The translations under genes and the position numbers were made by a program. This document shows, piece after piece, positions 21,401 to 28,084 of a DNA stretch of 64,000 bases. The notes beneath the pieces are model-generated. The model was not told where the DNA came from, did no database searches, and was given only the letters and a program-made list of their open reading frames with translations. The DNA lies in IMG/VR virus record IMGVR_UViG_3300010885_025649, positions 1-64,000 of that record; one strand, 5' to 3'. The number at the start of each line of letters is the position of its first letter. The first letter of the stretch is position 1.

Positions 21401-22201
21401 GGTACTTACATTAGATTAAAAGCATTAGATAATTCCGGTAGAGCTATTAAATATACCTTTATGCACTTATCTCAACTAGATGTACATAAGGGTGAACAAG
21501 TAGTAGCAGGACAGGAAATAGGTAAAAGTGGTAACTCCGGACATAGTACAGGAGCACACGTCCATATAGAAGTACAGCAAGGTAACTTGAATATAGATCC
21601 GGCAGCATATTTTGGTAAGCGCGCTGGAGTAAGTAAAGTAGCACAAGTTGTGCCTAAAGGGGAAACAAAGACTAGTAATAGTAACCAAACCCAAAGTGCT
21701 ATTGATCCTTATACCGGACAGTATAGAGGAGAAGTATATGATGGAAATACTTTAAACAGTATTAAAAGATATGTACCAACCGGTAGAGGCTATAAGTTAG
21801 ATATCCTTAATGGTTCTGAAGTAGTAGTTATAACAGATGCTAATAATAATACACAGCATCAGCATATTAATTTAGATATGAAACCTAAAGTTAATATGAG
21901 TGTAATGTCACCCACTATAGTAAGTCCAGTTAAAGCTACTCCTATAACCCCTACTAAGAAGAATAAAGTAAAGACTACTATTAAAGTAGTAGTTACACCA
22001 ACTTGTTATAAGGAGGAGATGATTAGTAGAGGGCAGATACAATTAGATACAGCTAAATCTCCTACTCCAATAAGTCATAGTGCTAAGGCTGTCATAGTAG
22101 TAAATAAAGATGGAAAGGCCAATCAAGTTATGCATGAAGAAAGAGCCACTGAATTAACAATGGCTCAATGCGGGATCCCCAATTTTCAATACAGAGCTTA
22201 A
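9473..22201 (+). CDS. giant (4242 aa) tape-measure/ejection-type virion protein with PLD-like, multi-TM, putative clan-CD protease, phage lysozyme-2 and M23 peptidase domains
   Basis: HIK at 9788 and LHAN at 10268 in a PLD-fold context. Many Gly/Ala hydrophobic helices. VILDLDTHG...VILETCN. QAAGIVGNLGHES...GWAQW (lysozyme-2 family). HQGTDYG...FMHL...STGAHVH (M23). Confidence 0.8.
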   Translation: MASTNEQLRALGITGEVYNTSSRSSVLFTSRGTSTKAFDRLLTNGNKITNVLQYHINPTGALGGKLVNNATNIYRANDYNSRRHPDSRIKQVPNYIEGPTRDSYTHIKLYGGTKTSMFSTSGAGGGNTQDFGEESEINLNYISPKLNNLERTFVKDYLSGNAKDQYHDKDIALYYQDYKTPGISTEEAKLINAAQKGDTINIGSATLSSNSIVGAALEAALARGAQVNIATTVDGSNTTTTARTLSHYSNLGATVFPTNVDGVILHANFLGIKYKNKPEVSLITSFRASAKAQSTYGETQTNLAIELHGAEASSINKYINSVLFKPGNGQAPSAVGIGNRLAELGNSNYLSALVNMSDAVNVLYTIQADISGDLLTRYYSANQQGLTGRARQIYLTQPIFTGEPVAEQLYYVTRGSAAPSYVKVLDTIRSSPTIYNAINGFVNQAVRPKDETAFGAFAFGFLGGQGGFFKGNENPILSILAAPARGIDNLFRTQRAPFNNGVYGALIAGSIGSITAGVIVRQRFNNNLGFIAGALIGGSIGAAMNQTPSNMFSTPGVKLMALNKANKGDLQDTNAPGPAESLIGNLFNSVQSVGLSALMYGIQSRIAPLVMDYIFQSSATTAALMNNISEDLSKMPPGTSNVSKFFRSIGVFGAKSVGLVNTIGNLNSIRRGIAIGNLGLYGSFARDLFGLDMLVQLNRPIGNATGNYTHGVEVYHKIGAENPGVLIRPGDDFRGKLDPILDKGYNIQLSTVSRDPEILRQYGRGIFRESSSSGLLGRVNKKVIAEALNTILDLNSRIHLKDGTFGLAHTTYGRAFGTVDQELTGDLNTRLNTDIESFIKTHHPTATVLEIAEIKRRIIFGNEVEINGNKVRAPTYQYLTEAGIDNIDRLFGYYRQGMNILGAIYVNPMIFALGNKPKDTSLTIKDLLAAIQEGTSNVFGLPLNLFDNDDKLKALFKSNNDEGPLKYFSSKGKAITQLFLQDASNKSISADLSTNLNTNDREVRSLRGFFGKESSALGEKIALLGAENKLALRGLAGLKLLGMTLPLTLVGLALGDQPGNSLTTATTMLFDQLQNGPSLYGSKLLGGLAKVGGINQDYFTGGVKPALGFSLNPFYLKRAGIATNPNGTPLMYSDGTYQYVDKGRDWKEDLQLTGQLSLEIGGGLLAYNAIKHGVGLATDLADLKAGGTRSLERIIGSRLNRLAGETVLPALALLTFGAVDTAVDSLVQKVSPYGVNYGMSFMLLSGVAGAGIGAVFNKDSGRIKAGAKGAVGGLLLGAVATMIAEFATTLGVDAIRGAAGLISGRPIDDAVMNNTVEGSLRNTYRYALSIGDMAGAIRARAEMQSMGFYIDNSNSRLSHSIATQLGTTPVAQNAISLNIDNSGAVIPTLSFQLPLLGFGVNLESPVKFAFRSNQQLLLARDPDQNYSKVYEGGLVLPQQLGMPNMLGMGLGAIAGIAAKGAFTRFGLPAIVPMALGGLIGGFGFNAYNSLTNKDKPKQGSLSIEYNSGNDLEKLMLGYTAIAPILVSSQLISGAFINTGIGLANSSTNELVQKAGGTLIGLGYKISTNPIVSAARMMGGHANNLVGGQWGLFNNTYGLINRDRGIPVIPLNDKLPGGKIPERSVTHLPAFLVKGIGKTVKYAAAYMLLSNMFDLNKTIPLGNGNTIPTLFSPTAALITGTYASLKYGPRLLPEGSIKEFANIIGGSRSRALTSMFAVIGATALYTLSAQTTNGIPTPRKSVAALNNIASIPFIGNPLAKITDFFYGVSRNASIQDRYTVIPTVFGGIRTGTNTNSLLTGDFGSPIVRKRGGAGLITSDITTALSSGSFSGLLYLGAAQNTTLTITGNQGSSFTKMGNYTLPRNSYVQMIFQGADLSYAYNLLPSGDKAQKQRALARFNVIKNAGPNPKNILKALNTQRPGFSQQDYRTSSPLFSSATLKAVHSELILAALKQRQFVTEYILKNPSEDITSYLDSLGVDKMLNGIGALSKQVILPVRGNFYWNRTAVGGPVGAGPTGHPYFIGGGEVDTSAQLTLQNFNYNSLQTVQNAAANDKALTIFNLGLISLSGLILAGPLLGNLFTNASRRTNIDRYVAEGGGQRSMINIGAYNTERGGNQLLAKVALSGAGDSNLGTLAYLGGLPIYHTDVIPGSYKTAYDNVSKNISELYVGDAQRKLNTIDRNNIASVKEFAELIHGKLTDLRNSMFTGSENITNELNARPDIVAKFDPHRDRNRLAKISELDKVLAGLRADIDSAVDPHRLLEKTLSRREPFRDVSAAGVFKLMGFEVDPGGNTLARMATWFGERIPGAKSIYDFIRPNKLTKAARAEDPLRLHTMSSAESDRILNGLGVKESERIKASIFTDVENQVAGKTALRIMGSTGAGVIGTLQNLAITSMFLDVGDSRRSMVYRENQATTALETTSLFLGTHMATQVLTTGGKAAYELATTGTMNRVGLVAMFANPEVSWLPGLFIAGATMFGPTVLDWMDHMGVPGIKGFKQGVGSNLERAANWADKGLNTNQSVGSTSLGFAALTALTIFTAGGGFIAAGVAGGVVAAANSLANKGTKATPAQQLANTLQAIQNIPGIGPNVIRPIWEKANDLFESTYQTLANQIRGGLQADPKSFWWGVAEGIVEGSSGRNLFEDRTKINSAQSMFLSGYYRGSPLFSVNNRDYKALGYDANYQKFLADTHEQEQSRLNTDTLISTRILHKTVLNGIAYSGDYQDEVFANRLMGGSQGRIFTKGSRAIDNLLMLSITSRAEDTQWVFGSVYNRAVERETIKNSGVAIGAMLLPTLGAMATLGGAGYIASRAAKRGRPPSSGGLTEPEAPKPNLPDPPNQGVLLEERPASQRRVLTQAEQTHDFLIWRNETAEGKIAYKNHGVHARGIYNKLYGVTGHQSSEAYVKPLMGNEAQHDYRLWLQTAEGKAATIEGKGSFDDYFDLFGFKGHQPKPSPQPVIQNKLNPEQYLESAKLAATRPSVQGPAKNPTTSPLSTPTAPLAAPISTPVAPVVNQLQPPSDVTTTPLTLETTPHTPITNRRSYTLGEHTQGLGGLVLGVGLVATAWSFREAQMTNFKDTDADTNLFISSAGVATQLLGGKAGVIGNTILGIGMIGLQAKVAAENQWKNQEANANVVGIGSNILGNLAGFTALSAVAEGLGGVAGIAAGVGATTGLAAAAVPIAIGAAILGGAALIGATAEWIGKGIYNNVTKPQPVSQVSKPVTVSNKYVNVAPVYKNPVSNNIQVDKTNTDYISVYHSNRSPVSTRVHLANTGSPPISDYVGMYHSNRSPISSKLSLPKPVPHIAEYVSKYSSSRSPISSKLPLTKVTSSPIIKYQSTRNPTSTRINLSNPISSFIDRPAHFNNLNPAEYVSKYVSNRSPISTKINQHKTNTLGSVSNTKHINTNPYYAVIAHVDDDRINSNLIDTRQLTSLNQLKETLVSIKHKANGQHVILDLDTHGIEGRGFAFTKTAHGKTTVSAMSAKYLNRQLYEAGFKKDDITVILETCNAYFSYNSSKSGFKATSKSDIEKAESRINSSKATATLLDTNKETPIEYKMYGRRSGNYEYLALAQYVGNVELQGPANRTEIVEVHGNYKGSVDTNYPLTFLNIHDQIIASINSNYIEQYPSGRSPVSTKHSKNIFQNIFEFFFGKPVAADTLKDPSNWLTNSQYTALTKTAGASKLEQRVNKSLPALNTKGTPLQSIQKKPNTLDYIQSATMNFFDQIKEDFNYILNRVGSGLNKIGNGIGHAISNSVDGIGKLFGKSSQTFDQQSPTLMANLMRDFSLTKEQAAGIVGNLGHESAGLQAGIHHIGSTSSNAGIGWAQWVGPRRKAFEQYLTMTNQKATDANANYGFLKQELMGQYRSAIKEVRKQSTVHNSMVVFEKIYEGAGIKNYASRERYANRALATLGSISTTATVSNNSEALFPIVGYSSLTAPVRGQFGTQRPGHVHQGTDYGIPVGTGLVAPLNATVSEAGSNSSMGTYIRLKALDNSGRAIKYTFMHLSQLDVHKGEQVVAGQEIGKSGNSGHSTGAHVHIEVQQGNLNIDPAAYFGKRAGVSKVAQVVPKGETKTSNSNQTQSAIDPYTGQYRGEVYDGNTLNSIKRYVPTGRGYKLDILNGSEVVVITDANNNTQHQHINLDMKPKVNMSVMSPTIVSPVKATPITPTKKNKVKTTIKVVVTPTCYKEEMISRGQIQLDTAKSPTPISHSAKAVIVVNKDGKANQVMHEERATELTMAQCGIPNFQYRA
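19226..20365 (+). repeat. six copies of an 11-aa repeat Y-x-S-x-R-[SN]-P-[IVT]-S-[ST]-[KR] inside the giant protein
   Basis: In-frame copies start at 19226, 19310, 19391, 19463, 19580 and 20333. Confidence 0.9.
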
Positions 22202-23544
22202 AGTCCTTGTTTAAGGAGACCTAATAAATCAGGAGTTTCCTTAAGAGCTTTAAGAGCGGCGACCTTTCTATCTAAAGGTACTCCTTCCATATAATCAATA
22301 GTTCTAGTTAAGAACTTATCAAGTTTATCTTTTCTGGCAACTCTTTCAGTAATATCTAAAGCTTGTTTAAGAATCGATCTAAGCTCTTTAAAGAAAGTTA
22401 ATAAGATTTCATTAATATCTGCACCTTTATTAGTTAAAGTAGACTTCTCATCAAACTTAATATTAGGATCATTTAATAATTGTTCTAAATAGTTATAAAC
22501 ATTATCATAACTATCTTGTAAATTATTAATAATATTAAAGACATCTCGCTGATGATACATCAATTTAAACTTATCTGGTAAAGATCTATAATAAGCCAAC
22601 CAAGTATTTATAGAATTAGATGAAAGTCTTAATTGCTCCCCAATATTAATATTAGATATATGCAAGCTTTTTAATCTCAGCACTTCTGCGCCAAGACCAA
22701 GATTCTCAACAACAACTGCTTCACCATAAGGTTTAGGTTTAATATCAGAATCACCTACTAATTGATTAGCAACTCTAGGATCAGGAACACCTTGTATACC
22801 ACTAGGAATAACATAAGCATTAGTAAGCTCTAAAGACTTTTCTATAGGTGCTGGATTATAAGATACTCCTGGAGGTGTTATATGTAATGACTGCTCTGTA
22901 TTAGATTTAATATAAGACAAAACCTCCAGTTTAATTCCTGGGATTTCTGTATCTAATACATCCAGCATATTCTCCATACACTGTTCAACACGATTAATCT
23001 CATCTAGTTTAACAATAACTTTATCTGCTAAATCATAAATAGCTCTAATCTCTTCTTGATATTTAAGCCAAAGTTGCGGGCGCGTAAGACCAAATTGATC
23101 TTGAATAACTTCAGTTCTATACTTTAACATAAGAACTAATTGAGTTAGGCGCTCGCCAAATTCTTGTATATTTTGTCCTCTCACAAACATTCTCCGATAA
23201 CAGTAGGGGATATCCCACCATCTTTTATAATAGCGTAAATCTCTAAATGAATGTGGATTATCAAATCTAATAGTAGTATATTCAGGAGCACCTATAACAG
23301 CCCAGTTATAAATAGTTTCTATCGGTACTGGATAGTTATATGGATAGCGCTTTTTATCTAAGCGTTTACCAATAAGAGGCCACCATTCAACCATTCTCCA
23401 ACTATCACCATATAACCTAAATGGGCGGCGCCTAACAAACCTTTTATTCCTATCAACTTGAGTAGATATAGGATCATGTAATGCACGATCCTTTTTAGTC
23501 CACTTAAGTTGTTTATTTAATACACCACTTCTAAGTAGGCCCAT
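22198..23544 (-). CDS. hypothetical protein with HTH-like segment and coiled coils
   Basis: 448 aa. ISNINIGEQLRLSSNSINTWL is HTH-like. Its stop overlaps that of the convergent giant gene (shared TTAA). Confidence 0.55.
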   Translation of the reverse strand: MGLLRSGVLNKQLKWTKKDRALHDPISTQVDRNKRFVRRRPFRLYGDSWRMVEWWPLIGKRLDKKRYPYNYPVPIETIYNWAVIGAPEYTTIRFDNPHSFRDLRYYKRWWDIPYCYRRMFVRGQNIQEFGERLTQLVLMLKYRTEVIQDQFGLTRPQLWLKYQEEIRAIYDLADKVIVKLDEINRVEQCMENMLDVLDTEIPGIKLEVLSYIKSNTEQSLHITPPGVSYNPAPIEKSLELTNAYVIPSGIQGVPDPRVANQLVGDSDIKPKPYGEAVVVENLGLGAEVLRLKSLHISNINIGEQLRLSSNSINTWLAYYRSLPDKFKLMYHQRDVFNIINNLQDSYDNVYNYLEQLLNDPNIKFDEKSTLTNKGADINEILLTFFKELRSILKQALDITERVARKDKLDKFLTRTIDYMEGVPLDRKVAALKALKETPDLLGLLKQGL

Positions 23545-23546
23545 AG

Positions 23547-23897
23547 TTAATCATCTGAAAGCCAAGGAAAGTAATCTAGTTCTTCTTCTGGAGCAAGTTC
23601 TGGATAAGCTATGTGTGCCATAATAATATCACAAGCTCTATCAAGTTTTCTCTTAATAGTACTGTAATCTACATTTAAGATGGCCGCAATTTCTGTCCTG
23701 GATTTATTAGAGGTATACCAACTTCTAAGAATATCTGCGATATAACTATCACTTTTAACTAGCTTTTGCATAGCCGCTTTAATTTGTTGGGGAGTATAAA
23801 CTGTATTAGTATTAGGATCAGTATAAGATTTATGATAGGGAAAATCATGTCTAATATATTTTAGAAAGTTATCCCGCTCAAAATGTGGACATGGCAT
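23547..23897 (-). CDS. sigma70 region-4-like HTH DNA-binding protein
   Basis: KSRTEIAAILNVDYSTIKRKLDRA. Confidence 0.7.
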   Translation of the reverse strand: MPCPHFERDNFLKYIRHDFPYHKSYTDPNTNTVYTPQQIKAAMQKLVKSDSYIADILRSWYTSNKSRTEIAAILNVDYSTIKRKLDRACDIIMAHIAYPELAPEEELDYFPWLSDD

Positions 23898-23943
23898 ATA
23901 ATAAAATCCTTACAAATGTAATGTAATTTTATTATATACCAGA

Positions 23944-25047
23944 TTAAATATTTAGTAAAGGATGACATTTATGTAACATAGGACACTTTACACAAGGGCT
24001 ATTATAATCAGAAGGAGCTTCTTTAATAAAACGCTTGTTAATAATATCCGTAATATATTTAGATCTATTATAGACAATATCTAAAGCTATTTGTGGTTCT
24101 ACCGGAGCAATATAATTACTACCGGTCTTAGCATTATTAATGGAAATAAAATCAGGCCAATCCCCAGTCAGTTTAAACCATGCGTACGCATAGATATTTA
24201 ACTGACTATTATGTTGAACCAAAGAGGTATTAGTAGTATCCTGCCCGGTTTTATGATCCACAATAACAATTTGACTATTATGATTCCTAGCAACTAAGTC
24301 TATAACTCCAGAGATATAAGTATTAGGTTGATTAGGCCACTCAACTAAATTCTTATAAGTACCAGTTTCATCTCTAGTAGAGAATGCTATCTCCACCATT
24401 CCGGGTATAGTTTCTTTATACCAACTAGGATGTTTATATTTCTTTAAGATATAATGACATTCACCAATTACATCTGTAAGAGCTATATTAACAAACTTAA
24501 CTTGTCTGGCAGCACGTTGATTAACAGAATTCCTGAGTACATCAATACCTTCTGCAATTAAAGCAGACTTCCAATCAGTGGTTTGAGTAGGAACTTTAGA
24601 AACAGGCCGCGCCGGCCCTTCTTGTTTACCATTCCCTTTATTTCTAATAGCATCTTTACCCAGATAATCTTCAGAAGCTCTTACATATAAGTTAGATAAC
24701 TTATCAATAATTGCTAAGATGTCTGGTTCAAGTTCACTAAGATTCTCTTCTTTAAGATATACTGGGAGATATCTATAGAAGCCTTCTTCAGGAGTTTTAT
24801 AGAAGTCTAAGTAAAGACCTTCTAAAGCCCCGTGGATAAATGTCCCCAATTCAAAATAAGATTCTGCAGAAGAAGGTACTACTTTGTCTATATAAGAATA
24901 TTTATAAAGCTCACCACATTTTCTATAAGTATCAATAGCCGAGTGACTAAATGTTGATAATTTCATTGTATTTAATTTAGAAGTAGATATACTACTTCTA
25001 GCATTAAATAGCTGCTTAAACAAGACTTTTAAATTCATCCGGGACAT
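23944..25047 (-). CDS. PD-(D/E)XK RecB/Cas4-like exonuclease
   Basis: FSHSAIDTYRKC, GTFIHGALE, GVIDLV..IVDHKTG, QLNIY, C-terminal CxxC..C. Confidence 0.85.
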   Translation of the reverse strand: MSRMNLKVLFKQLFNARSSISTSKLNTMKLSTFSHSAIDTYRKCGELYKYSYIDKVVPSSAESYFELGTFIHGALEGLYLDFYKTPEEGFYRYLPVYLKEENLSELEPDILAIIDKLSNLYVRASEDYLGKDAIRNKGNGKQEGPARPVSKVPTQTTDWKSALIAEGIDVLRNSVNQRAARQVKFVNIALTDVIGECHYILKKYKHPSWYKETIPGMVEIAFSTRDETGTYKNLVEWPNQPNTYISGVIDLVARNHNSQIVIVDHKTGQDTTNTSLVQHNSQLNIYAYAWFKLTGDWPDFISINNAKTGSNYIAPVEPQIALDIVYNRSKYITDIINKRFIKEAPSDYNSPCVKCPMLHKCHPLLNI

Positions 25048-25495
25048 TCACTATAATATTTGAAGATTTTAATATATTTGGATTAATCATATAAACAATA
25101 GGTCTACGTTTATTACTTTGAATAGTATTAATATAAAACCTAGATTCTTCTTGATCTATAGGACCAATATAACCCAAAGCTGCTTTGTTATTAACTAATT
25201 GCGGCGGGGGTATAAAAGAGTATTTAGCTTTCATATTATTATTAATCCACACAAGTCCATCCGGAAATGGAGATTTATATAAACTAAATACAATGCCACA
25301 TATAGGAACAGTCTTAAGAATAGCAATAACTTCTGCTTTCCTTAAGACCCCTATACCATATTTGAATTTTGCTTGAGACATATTTCTATTACATCTAACC
25401 CAACCAGTCTCAGTAAGTGTTTTAGATACTATAGGAGGTTCTGTACTTAAAAGAAAGATCCCCTTACTATTTGTAATATGATAAACTATTTGCAT
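25016..25495 (-). CDS. hypothetical protein
   Basis: 159-aa ORF in the operon. Confidence 0.5.
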   Translation of the reverse strand: MQIVYHITNSKGIFLLSTEPPIVSKTLTETGWVRCNRNMSQAKFKYGIGVLRKAEVIAILKTVPICGIVFSLYKSPFPDGLVWINNNMKAKYSFIPPPQLVNNKAALGYIGPIDQEESRFYINTIQSNKRRPIVYMINPNILKSSNIIVNVPDEFKSLV

Positions 25496-25995
25496 GTTGT
25501 AAATTCATACTCACAATGGGCACATTTATACACAGCTACTTTAGAAGTTTCAACTTCAAGACCAACAACAGCAGTACATTTAGGACAGACTAATCCAGAA
25601 ATAGTATGAGACTGCCCTAAATAAGCTGTAGCAAATAAACGTAATAAGTATTGCCAATCAATAATAGCAAGTTCACCAGATTCTCCAGCAACTTTGCTAA
25701 TAATAACCAAATTCAACTTACCATTATCTGTATATTTCTCAGCGCAGTCTCTAAATAATGTATGATGCGCATGACTTTGCCGGTACTTACAATCAATAAC
25801 AACATCCGGCATTTCTTTCAACGCATCTACATCATGAATAGATTGCGACTTATCTGTTCTGACAATTCGGCGCGCACTCTTAAATCCCTTAAGCTTAAGA
25901 TCCTTTGATATCTTTCTCTCCAGGCATTTCCAGCTATCGGACTGGTTACCACTTTTAGTTAACTTGGGCATGTAAATACTTATCACTAAACTCAC
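25486..25995 (-). CDS. Holliday-junction-resolvase-like nuclease with C-terminal Zn ribbon
   Basis: WKCLERKI...DV...IDCKY; CPKC...CAHC. Confidence 0.65.
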   Translation of the reverse strand: MSLVISIYMPKLTKSGNQSDSWKCLERKISKDLKLKGFKSARRIVRTDKSQSIHDVDALKEMPDVVIDCKYRQSHAHHTLFRDCAEKYTDNGKLNLVIISKVAGESGELAIIDWQYLLRLFATAYLGQSHTISGLVCPKCTAVVGLEVETSKVAVYKCAHCEYEFTTCK

Positions 25996-25999
25996 ACTA

Positions 26000-26200
26000 T
26001 CACAGATATCTAATTTCGTCTACTACTAATAGTAAATAATTATTATTGGGATGTTTTAGTTTAAGTTTATTAATAAGAAAGATCGCTTCTTGAACATCTA
26101 CTTTCCATTGAATATCTGAATAGCTGGGTTTAGATTTATGAGAACTAACCCTAGCTATCATATATTTCTTAGTATTAGGTCCCAGTACTTCCGAATCCAC
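26000..26200 (-). CDS. hypothetical protein
   Basis: 66-aa ORF filling the gap. Confidence 0.4.
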   Translation of the reverse strand: MDSEVLGPNTKKYMIARVSSHKSKPSYSDIQWKVDVQEAIFLINKLKLKHPNNNYLLLVVDEIRYL

Positions 26201-26693
26201 CTAAGCCTCGTTGTGTTGCAGGTAATCCCTCTGGTTGCTCTACTAATTGTAATGTGGTTTGAAGTTGGGGAATAGGAATTAACTGTGCAATCCTTTCACC
26301 TTTCCTAAAAGGAATTGGATACATGCCATGATTAATAGCCGCTATCATAACCTGATTTCTAAAATCACAATCGATCACGCCTATTTCATTTCTTAATCCA
26401 AATAAGAAGTTAAGAGCTACAGAACTTCGGGGCACTAACATAGTCCAAGCTAATTGCTCAGGAGCAATAGTAATACCCGTAGGGATTAATTGCTTCTCAT
26501 ACTTATATCTACGATATAATACACCTTCAAATGATAATGGTTCAAAGGATTCATCTATTACAGCTTTAAGTTGTGATGTAGGCCAGATAACAGTATCTTC
26601 TGCAACACAAAGATCAAAGCCGGCATCAGTATCATATTTTCTATATAGTTGATTTACAGGGCAATTAGGTAGCTTTTGAAAATAAATAATCAT
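26175..26693 (-). CDS. dut: trimeric dUTPase
   Basis: AGFDL, PRSS, GVIDCDFR, RIAQL, RGLGGFGSTG. Confidence 0.95.
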   Translation of the reverse strand: MIIYFQKLPNCPVNQLYRKYDTDAGFDLCVAEDTVIWPTSQLKAVIDESFEPLSFEGVLYRRYKYEKQLIPTGITIAPEQLAWTMLVPRSSVALNFLFGLRNEIGVIDCDFRNQVMIAAINHGMYPIPFRKGERIAQLIPIPQLQTTLQLVEQPEGLPATQRGLGGFGSTGT

Positions 26694-26995
26694 TTCATAT
26701 CCTCAAGATCATCAATAAAATTAATAACTTTAGTAGCACGTTCATAAGTATAAGATAACCTAGCATAAGTTACACTAGCCGGATTCTTAAGAACACTAAC
26801 TAGAATCCAATCCGGGAATACAAAATGTATATATTGATGTTTAGGAATAAAGTCAAAAGTTATAGCAGAATATTTCTTATTTAATTCTAAGACATCTTCA
26901 ATAGATGTAACATAATAGGCATATACTGAATCTATTTTAGTAGAATCAGGATAGAATACTTCTATAACATCTTGTAATAATTTAACTTCAATCAT
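26690..26995 (-). CDS. hypothetical protein
   Basis: 101 aa, ATGA overlaps on both sides. Confidence 0.55.
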   Translation of the reverse strand: MIEVKLLQDVIEVFYPDSTKIDSVYAYYVTSIEDVLELNKKYSAITFDFIPKHQYIHFVFPDWILVSVLKNPASVTYARLSYTYERATKVINFIDDLEDMK

Positions 26996-28071
26996 ACTAA
27001 AGCCCCAAAAGAAACAGCAGCATTAGTTGCTGCCGGTAAAGCGTGTGTATCTGCATAAATAGACCAAGGCATAACAATACCTCTAGTAGGATGTGTTAGC
27101 CACAATGCTTGTTTAGGAACTTGAGGTCTAAATTTATGCCCCGCTGCAAATTCATTATAACCAATCAAACTACCATTAACAATAAATTCATCAGAAGCAA
27201 TTAGAGTGTGAAAGTGGCCACAAATTAATGTGTCATAACTTTGCCCGGTACTTAGAGAAAGTAGTCTAAGATCTTGATCTGCTTTACTTACAGTAGCGGC
27301 AACCCCACCAGCAGACTTAAAGGAATCCCCATGAGTTAATAAATAGGTGCGATTAAATACACGGTAATAACAATAGAGACTATCAGGAATATAAAAAGTA
27401 ATATCCGGATTATCTTTAAAGTGGGTTGCTAAGGTTTTATAGATGACCCATTCATAAGAGTGTTGATTTCGGTTCTTATATCTAGATTTCTTAGTATCTC
27501 TACCATGATTACCTACCACACAAGGAATAAATAGTTTAGGGAAATACTTAGTCATTACTGTAATAAATTCAATTAGATTAGTAGTTAAATCTAATACAGT
27601 AGCTAATACGGGGACATCATTAGTTTCAACTAATTCTTCATGAATACCGCCGCTAATTAAATCTCCACCTAAAGCCAAGACTAAGCCGGTATAGGTAGTA
27701 TTATTAATATGATTAAATAATACATCAATAGTATTAGTAGCAATATTCTGTAGACGCTGCTTAGCAATCTTCATATTATATTCATTAAGTCCATTCATTT
27801 CAGACTTAATAACTGTTTCACCCCAATGTAAATCACTTAGAAGTAATGTCGGAATGTGTACCGAAGATTTATTATTTGAAGTAGCATCTACAATCCACTT
27901 AGGAATAAAATCATGGAGTTTATTAGTCGTTTGAACATAAACTCCTAAAAGTTTATAAGCTTCCAGTAATGTAGCTTTAGTAGTAGTTAATATTTTATTT
28001 GTATCTTTAAGTTGCTGAGTAAGAGATATTACTTCTAACTCAACACTATTTAATAATGTAGTCATAGTCAC
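26992..28071 (-). CDS. calcineurin-like metallophosphoesterase
   Basis: SDLHWG, GGDL, VGNHG, THGD, GHFH. Confidence 0.9.
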   Translation of the reverse strand: MTMTTLLNSVELEVISLTQQLKDTNKILTTTKATLLEAYKLLGVYVQTTNKLHDFIPKWIVDATSNNKSSVHIPTLLLSDLHWGETVIKSEMNGLNEYNMKIAKQRLQNIATNTIDVLFNHINNTTYTGLVLALGGDLISGGIHEELVETNDVPVLATVLDLTTNLIEFITVMTKYFPKLFIPCVVGNHGRDTKKSRYKNRNQHSYEWVIYKTLATHFKDNPDITFYIPDSLYCYYRVFNRTYLLTHGDSFKSAGGVAATVSKADQDLRLLSLSTGQSYDTLICGHFHTLIASDEFIVNGSLIGYNEFAAGHKFRPQVPKQALWLTHPTRGIVMPWSIYADTHALPAATNAAVSFGALV

Positions 28072-28084
28072 CTAATATAAATAT

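Noticed and set aside
52-21694. Many short antisense or alternate-frame ORFs (e.g. 490..924, 5504..5902, 15922..16470, 18841..19206)
   Set aside because: They lie wholly within long genes with clear motifs, show no motifs of their own, and look like shadow ORFs.
23944-25047. Cas4 as evidence of a CRISPR-Cas system
   Set aside because: It is a stand-alone RecB-like nuclease common in phages; no cas genes or array are seen.
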